Shown one piece after another: positions 50,502-56,024 of a DNA stretch of 64,000 nucleotides. The notes under the pieces are model-generated. The model was not told the DNA's origin. It saw only the letters and a program-made list of their open reading frames with translations, and did not search any database. This stretch comes from Penicillus capitatus (taxonomy: Eukaryota; Plantae; Chlorophyta), in assembly GCA_965649825.1 (NCBI GenBank), contig OZ287707.1:364292-428291 (forward strand). Direction: 5' to 3'. Each line of letters begins with the position of its first letter. The stretch's first letter is position 1. The position numbers were made by a program, and so were the translations under genes.

Positions 50502-51379
50502 TCAAGTCATGGCGATTCTTTTCCTAATAAACACGGCTTGGATCCATTTTCTCTGCATCCTAATGCCTTGACGACGATTTTCTATGTCCCGTTCATAAAT
50601 CACTAGACGTTCACATTCAAAGTCCTCTGTAGAAAAGAGTGACTTTAGGAAATCTTCTGTGAAGTAATAACAACGCGTTCCATCTCCTCTCAGATAGAAA
50701 TTCTCGCCCAGTTTCTTCTTCCCTTGAGGCTTCTCTTCGAATCGCACCTGCGCCATGTCTCCCACCGCATAGTCGCGGAATAGCACACGTCCCACTCCAG
50801 GCTTTAACACAGATTTTAGGTTACGGATCACTTCCGGCATCTTTGACGGGGACAGAGCAGAGAGCACGAAGATCAGAAGACAGAAATCGAGTGCCGGTGC
50901 AGAGAGATGCTGTATCATGAATGGAGCGGACACGTCTAGCACGAACGGGTGAATCCGCTCGGGGCAGAATTCTGCGTGCTGCTTGAGAAGCTCGATGGCA
51001 CGAGATGAGAAATCGATTGCCCAGATCTGACAGCCTGGTAACACTTCGAGTAGCGGAAAGCAGCTGTTGCCGACACCACATCCGACCTAAAGGTACCCGA
51101 TACGAGAACACTCTTCTTGTCTGTATCGCAACGAACGACTTCCAAGATTGTGAGTGGATGACAAGAGAGAAGTTCTGGAAACTCTAGGTTCAGGTAGTGT
51201 CGGTCCTTGAAGAAATTCGCCCCATGCCGTCGATAGAATTTCTCCCAGTGCTTCTTGGCGTCCTTTTCGTACTGCTCTACAAGCGATACAACCTCCGAGA
51301 TCGTTTGCAGTGAGGAAAGTGACGGACGACCTGCGATAAAGGCCGACAGTTGTGTCGCCGCAGTGGGATAGAGCTCCAT
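50502..51379 (-). CDS. METTL6: tRNA N3-methylcytidine methyltransferase METTL6/METTL2/Trm140 family (intact copy)
   Basis: MELYPTAATQLSAFIA|EQYEKDAKKHWEKFY..FFKDRHYL, ILE|VGCGVGN, AIDFSSRAI, IFVLSAL, LFRDYAVGD, YLRGDGTRCYYF, RKWIQAVF. Confidence 0.92.
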
Positions 51380-51476
51380 GATCTGAAGTAATGAAAGAAT
51401 GGGACATTTTCTCGCAGAAGATGAACGAGTTGTCGCTCGAAAGGCTGACAGCGCAGCTCCAGGCGACACAAGAGAA
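50878..51476 (+). repeat. Direct repeat, left copy (~600 bp; METTL6 5' half plus UFL1 start)
   Basis: Collinear with 55429-56024 from agacagaaatcgag to cacaagagaa; scattered substitutions and one 3-bp indel. Confidence 0.95.
51391..51476 (+). pseudogene. UFL1: Truncated 5' stub of UFL1
   Basis: MKEWDIFSQKMNELSLERLTAQLQATQE matches the start of the full copy at 55939-56024; unrelated sequence follows. Confidence 0.85.
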
Positions 51477-51835
51477 CCAATCGTTAAACGCGAGTGAAGC
51501 AAGGACTTTGTCAACGTCTAATCATCTTGCGCAACCACCGGGAGCGGTTGATCGTCGGGATAACCACCACAGAGCGCTGACCATCGGTCGCGACGGGTAA
51601 CGACGTTCAGACCAATCTCTCGATAACTGTAGGGCCGTGGTTAGCGAATGTGACTTGAAGTTCGCAGCTGTTAGACCTAGAGATTAGCGGAACCTTAACC
51701 ATTGAGGGTATTTAAAGGTCGACATTCCTTCTAAAAAACTCGTGTTCGTATCTTGAACATCCGATTGCGTTCCTGTCGTTTCTCTGCACGAAGACTCGAC
51801 TTGATTGCGAACCTATATTACAACGATCTCCAACA

Positions 51836-52336
51836 GCAGTTAATGACAATCTGCGAAATAGTGAGTCCCCAATGGTGTAGCGGACAGCGCACTCGACTGT
51901 GTCGAGAGGGTCAGGTTCGACTCCTGACGGGGACACGGAGGGTTACGTCATTCGCTCCCGTGGCAGCGCGTGCCTGAGGGTGACGTAATCCCCGCCGGCG
52001 CCGGCTAGGTCCTCCACTTCCACCCCGCAACCGTTGTCGCGTACCCGTCGCACATGTGTCTGTGATACTCTGCAAATCTGATAGACGGTTAAGAGACATT
52101 TCAGACACAACGTACATCACGCGCTGTACATCGGCGCAATACAGCCGCGTCCGACGCGCCGCGGATTCGTCGCACTGCCGCGACGGATAAATGACGCGCC
52201 GCGTCCGACGCAACAGTATTGCGCAGATGTACGTGAATGCGCAATACTGTCGCGGCAGTGCGTCGTGACGGAATAGGCGCGACTGCCGCGAAGGCAATAC
52301 CATCGTGGCAGCGCGCCAGAACGCGCAGATACCAAT
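51836..52336 (+). repeat. Inverted repeat arm L (501 bp)
   Basis: Reverse complement of 54565-55065; only four differences found by eye, all in the outer ~55 bp. Confidence 0.97.
51865..51935 (+). tRNA. tRNA-like element (pseudo-tRNA / Pol III internal promoter), isotype undetermined
   Basis: Acceptor GTCCCC/GGGGAC, A box TGGTGTAGCGG, D stem GTGT/GCGC, anticodon stem CTCGA/TCGAG with a 5-nt loop CTGTG, perfect T arm TCAGG-TTCGACT-CCTGA (B box GGTTCGACTCC). Confidence 0.8.
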
Positions 52337-52356
52337 ATGGCTAGTATTTGGGGTTT
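51865..52356 (+). ncRNA. Putative Pol III transcript (~490 nt), tRNA-headed structured RNA, copy L
   Basis: Begins with A/B boxes; no run of four or more T until 52353-52356; body rich in nested inverted repeats. Transcription is inferred. Confidence 0.55.
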
Positions 52357-52415
52357 TCTTTGCTTGTTTTCTTTGTCAAAAAGAAAACAAACGAACAAGA
52401 TCTCCATACACTTAG
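52341..52415 (+). promoter_or_regulatory. AU-rich hairpin containing T runs immediately 5' of ORF-L start
   Basis: Core stem ttgttttcttt (52363-52373) / aaagaaaacaa (52380-52390) with imperfect extension; ATG at 52419. Confidence 0.6.
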
Positions 52416-52418
52416 AAA

Positions 52419-52853
52419 ATGCAACCATTAACAATGACGGCAGCAAGAGCACAGATGGGGGCGGCCAACTTCGACCGGGGGGTTATCATGCCGGTGCTGG
52501 CCAGGATGGTGGAACGTGTGGCGAGGATCAACGGGGATGTTCGCCTGCATGGTTTGTGGATTCCGCCGGTGAATGGAAGGGGGCAGTTAAGACACGCGGT
52601 TTACATGGCAGTCTGTGATTTCTATGCCATCGGCAACCGCGCTGGGTTTGTCACGTGGCGTGTTGTAATAAACCGTGTACGTGGGCGATTAATTTTTCAT
52701 GGCGTTATGCAGCAAGGCAATGTGGACCAGATGAATAGACTTCTGTGGGCATTCTACTCTTTCTTTATGGCGGTGAGAACGCAAGCGGACATTAAGACCT
52801 ACGGAGAAACCGCGGTATTAACTTTTGTGGATGCGTTGTATACATTGCCTTAA
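52419..52853 (+). CDS. Novel 144-aa mostly helical protein (ORF-L), paralog of ORF-R
   Basis: Intronless ORF with A at -3; 49/136 ungapped identities with reconstructed ORF-R plus many conservative changes, indicating real coding constraint. Confidence 0.8.
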   Translation: MQPLTMTAARAQMGAANFDRGVIMPVLARMVERVARINGDVRLHGLWIPPVNGRGQLRHAVYMAVCDFYAIGNRAGFVTWRVVINRVRGRLIFHGVMQQGNVDQMNRLLWAFYSFFMAVRTQADIKTYGETAVLTFVDALYTLP

Positions 52854-52879
52854 ATCCAATTGTGAAAGTGTCGTGTTAT

Positions 52880-52939
52880 CGCCGAAACGCGCTAACGACG
52901 AAGGCGTATCGTTTAACAAAGACTGTTGTAACATTCACG
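52880..52939 (+). repeat. ~60-bp motif, copy 1 (3' of ORF-L)
   Basis: cgccgaaacgcgc..acgac..gcgtatcgtt..agactgtt..acat.cacg recurs at 53650-53709. Confidence 0.8.
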
Positions 52940-53355
52940 AGTTCAAATTTTTTCGCGTCAGACGTAAACGAATGTCACATCAACGCGTCTCCGTGGCAGC
53001 TGCACGAAGGTGGACAGCTGTCCACTGACAGTAAGGTCGCGGTTTGGTTGTTCAAGTTACGAGAAACGCGCGCTATCGCGTCAACAAGAAAACGTCCACC
53101 ACGTCGACGCCGAACGCGCACAGACTGCTCCCGGAGTTAAATAACGTAACGCTTGGTGTGACGTGCTGTCATAGAGAGAGCCGCTCGCAGTGAGAAACAG
53201 GTTTTCGTGCGGACAAGATACACAAATGCTTTCGACGAGAACCTTCACGTCCAGCGCCATGATGTTGAACTAAATAATACGCGTCCCGCATACCCACTTA
53301 TTAAGCAATCGGAGAAACGAGAAGGGAAACCTGGTCATAAATTCTTCTGCAATCC

Positions 53356-53598
53356 TCACCAATCTTTCCGGCAGAGTGACCTCTGCTGAATGTCCATGAC
53401 GAATAGGAACTTCTTTCGGCCATCCAACTCACAGCGTCCGCCTGTCAAGCCGGGATGATAAAACGGATGCGAATCTGAATATGGCGTACTTTCCTTACGG
53501 ACGAGACGGGCGAAATGCAAGATCCGGTTTTCATCGATTCCTGGCAACCGTTGTTCTGATCTTCCACATTTGGAGAAGGGAGCTTTGGATGACATCAT
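53356..53598 (-). CDS. Short ORF / probable gene fragment in cassette interior
   Basis: 80-codon ORF (ENRILHFARLVRKE..HPFYHPG..KKFLFVMDIQQ); no family recognised. Confidence 0.25.
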   Translation of the reverse strand: MMSSKAPFSKCGRSEQRLPGIDENRILHFARLVRKESTPYSDSHPFYHPGLTGGRCELDGRKKFLFVMDIQQRSLCRKDW

Positions 53599-53649
53599 TG
53601 TAATTGTGGTCCGTAGCTGTCGCGGCTTAGCAGCTCCGCCGTGTAGAGG

Positions 53650-53709
53650 CGCCGAAACGCGCAAGACGACAAACGCGTATCGTTACAGAGACTGTTTTTG
53701 ACATCCACG
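53650..53709 (+). repeat. ~60-bp motif, copy 2
   Basis: Diverged direct repeat of 52880-52939 sharing an exact 13-mer cgccgaaacgcgc. Confidence 0.8.
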
Positions 53710-54032
53710 GAAAGGAGTTTGTGCGGCGGAGAACGGACACACAAGTCACGTCTTAGCCTCTCCATGGTGTCACGCTCTCGCATGAACGTCACACCATCTG
53801 CCTCGTTTTCGAAGAGTTCTGTCTTTCAAGAGGCGCTTGGACAAGCTTTGTGTCTTTTCAAGGGCGTCTTTCTCTGGTTCTGAGCGCCGAATGGCTCACC
53901 TGGTCTGTGAAGTCGTGTCACATCAGCACTGTAGAAGAGGGAATGTTTGCTTTATTTACGATTTCAGTTTTAAGGTTTTTCTGCGTATGCGTTCGTTTGT
54001 TCACCGACAGCGCGACAGATGCGAAGAATGGA

Positions 54033-54484
54033 TTAATCAAATTGTTGTCTTATTCCGTACAAAGAATCCACAAAGTTCGTCGCCATTTGCTGTCCATTGC
54101 GCCGAACGTCCGTTTTCGTTCTCAACGTTCGATACAAAAGGTAAAACGCCCATGCAAGTCGCCTCCATTGGGTTTCATTGTTCGGTGTCATTACATCCCA
54201 GTGGATCAACCTCGCATGTAGACGTTCCAAAATATCACCCCACGTTGAAACCCCGGCCACATTGCCAATCGCAGGAATTCGCCAACCACGCGACCTATGT
54301 TCTCCCGCAGCGGATTCCTCTCCAGAGCCGGTGGAACCCTTGGATTGATCAAACTCGCCCAGCCGTCCACGTTCCCCGAGTACGCCACCATCATACCAAC
54401 CACCGGCTCCATAATCCCCCAGTTGAACCTCGTCGCCCTCAATTCCGCCAGAGCATTGTCGAAGTTGACTGCTGGATTTGCCAT
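54033..54484 (-). pseudogene. ORF-R, ~150-aa paralog of ORF-L with a 1-nt deletion frameshift
   Basis: MANPAVNF...VVGEF in one frame continues as AIGNVAGVSTW...FVDSLYGIRQQFD* in another; the break at 54273-54274 (GAA TTC CT GCG ATT) aligns with ORF-L DFYAIGN. Confidence 0.8.
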
Positions 54485-54485
54485 T

Positions 54486-54564
54486 GTTCCAAGTATTTAA
54501 AGCTTTGTTTGCTTCTTTTTTTCTAACAAAAAACCTAGGAAGCGAAACTTTAAATACTTGGAAC
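54486..54564 (-). promoter_or_regulatory. Perfect 17-bp hairpin abutting ORF-R start codon
   Basis: gttccaagtatttaaag (54486-54502) is the exact reverse complement of ctttaaatacttggaac (54548-54564); an inner stem and a T6 run lie inside; ATG at 54484. Confidence 0.8.
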
Positions 54565-55036
54565 ATTGGTATCTGCGCGTTCTGGCGCGCTGCCACGATG
54601 GTATTGCCTTCGCGGCAGTCGCGCCTATTCCGTCACGACGCACTGCCGCGACAGTATTGCGCATTCACGTACATCTGCGCAATACTGTTGCGTCGGACGC
54701 GGCGCGTCATTTATCCGTCGCGGCAGTGCGACGAATCCGCGGCGCGTCGGACGCGGCTGTATTGCGCCGATGTACAGCGCGTGATGTACGTTGTGTCTGA
54801 AATGTCTCTTAACCGTCTATCAGATTTGCAGAGTATCACAGACACATGTGCGACGGGTACGCGACAACGGTTGCGGGGTGGAAGTGGAGGACCTAGCCGG
54901 CGCCGGCGGGGATTACGTCACCCTCAGGCACGCGCTGCCACGGGAGCGAATGACGTAACCCTCCGTGTCCCCGTCAGGAGTCGAACCTGACCCTCTCGAC
55001 ACAGTCGAGTGTGCTGTCCGCTACACCATTGGGGAC
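54528..55036 (-). ncRNA. Putative Pol III transcript (~510 nt), copy R
   Basis: Same sequence as copy L; the first T run on the - strand is T6 at 54533-54528. Confidence 0.55.
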
Positions 55037-55065
55037 TCGCTATTTCGCAGATCGTCATCAACTGC
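54565..55065 (-). repeat. Inverted repeat arm R (501 bp)
   Basis: Reverse complement of 51836-52336. Confidence 0.97.
54966..55036 (-). tRNA. tRNA-like element, copy R
   Basis: Same cloverleaf as copy L; D-stem 3' strand is GCAC, giving U-A where copy L has U-G. Confidence 0.8.
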
Positions 55066-55428
55066 ACGTCAAACGGTCTCACAGAAATAGCAGGCCCAGC
55101 TTATTTGCGGTGAATTCAGGGAGAGGTGCAATCACTGTGTGCGCGTTCATCGTGGAAGTGGACATAATCCAGCAACTGAGGAGGAGCGGATTCATAGCTC
55201 AAAGCTGGCGTGTGCATTGATGAGTGGCTCTGGGGTCTCACAAGGAATTAGTACAATCACGCGATCATCCTTTCTGAAGAGAGGATTTCTTACCACGATC
55301 TGGACAGCATCGTACTGCTCTGGCATTAAGTGTGTCTTTTCTAACAGATCGTCCTCCAGTGTCAATGTGACATAGGACCTAGATCAGACAACGAGCTGGC
55401 AGACAGCGCGGGGGTGGGATGTCTTACG
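55066..55428 (-). pseudogene. Intron-containing fragment of an unidentified host-type gene
   Basis: On -: a 49-nt intron gtaaga...gatctag, exon SYVTLTLEDDLLEKTHLMPEQYDAVQIV, then a second gtaaga donor. Confidence 0.4.
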
Positions 55429-55927
55429 AGACAGAAATCGAGTGCCGGTGCAGAGAGATGCTGTATCATGGGGGCGGACACGTCTAGCACGATCGGGTGA
55501 ATTCGCTCGGGGCAGAATTCTGCGTGCTGCTTGAGAAGCTCGATGGCACGAGATGAGAAATCGATTGCCCAGATCTGACAGCCTGGTAACACTTCGAGTA
55601 GCGGAAAGCAGCTGTTGCCGACACCACATCCGACCTAAAGGTACCCGATACGAGAACACTCTTCTTGTCTGTATCGCAACGAACGACTTCCAAGATTGTG
55701 AGTGGATGATCAGAGAGAAGTTCTGGAAACTCTCGGTGCAGATAGTGCCGGTCCTTGAAAGAATTCACACCATGACGTCGATAGAATTCTTCCCAGAGCT
55801 TTTGGGTGTCTTTTTCGTACTGCTCTACAAGCGATACAACCTCCGAGATCGTTTGCAGAGAAGAAAGCGACGAACGACCTGCGATGACGGGCGACAGTTT
55901 TGTCGCCGCTATGGGATAAAGCTCCGT
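55429..55927 (-). pseudogene. METTL6: Truncated METTL6 duplicate
   Basis: Start codon mutated ATG>ACG (55927); homology stops after ..ALDFCL at 55429; several non-synonymous changes, including in the intact copy's KHWEKFY (here KLWEEFY). Confidence 0.88.
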
Positions 55928-56024
55928 GATCTGACGTAATGAAAGAATGGGACATTTTCTCGCGGAAGATGAACGAGTTGTCGCTCGAAGAGCTGACAGC
56001 ACAGCTCCAGGCGGCACAAGAGAA
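55429..56024 (+). repeat. Direct repeat, right copy (~600 bp)
   Basis: Collinear with 50878-51476. Confidence 0.95.

Larger units (their letters stand above)
51477..55428. mobile_element. Unclassified ~4-kb inserted cassette: two inverted [tRNA-like head - structured RNA - hairpin - small ORF] units plus gene-like fragments
   Basis: Lies between the two ~600-bp direct repeats; contains 501-bp inverted repeats, two paralogous ORFs and intron-bearing fragments. No transposase or RT recognised, so mobility is inferred. Confidence 0.6.

Noticed and set aside
51865-51935. Functional tRNA-His/Asp gene
   Set aside because: The anticodon loop has 5 nt and the acceptor stem base is irregular; kept only as tRNA-like.
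51911-52303. 130-aa ORF MVLPSRQS... and its twins (52117-52452, 54478-54990, 54566-54784)
   Set aside because: Identical only because they lie in the inverted repeat; Arg-rich, GC-driven and antisense to the predicted RNA. The SDLQSITDTC match reflects the UFL1-derived nucleotide segment.
51936-52336. Hammerhead ribozyme or telomerase RNA in the arm
   Set aside because: No CTGATGA...GAAA core (only CTGATAG), and no C-rich telomere template on the predicted transcript strand.
52670-52700. HEPN nuclease motif (RxxxxxH) in ORF-L
   Set aside because: The His is not conserved at the aligned position in ORF-R.
54250-54260. Programmed -1 frameshift at CCG GGG TTT in ORF-R
   Set aside because: Not a canonical X XXY YYZ heptamer in the zero frame, and homology (AIGNVAG vs AIGNRAG) places the break upstream.
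51836-55065. Classical TIR DNA transposon/MITE
   Set aside because: No target-site duplication at the arm ends (left flank ..ccaaca, right flank acgtca..), no transposase, and homology between units continues inward through the hairpin, ORF and 3' motif.
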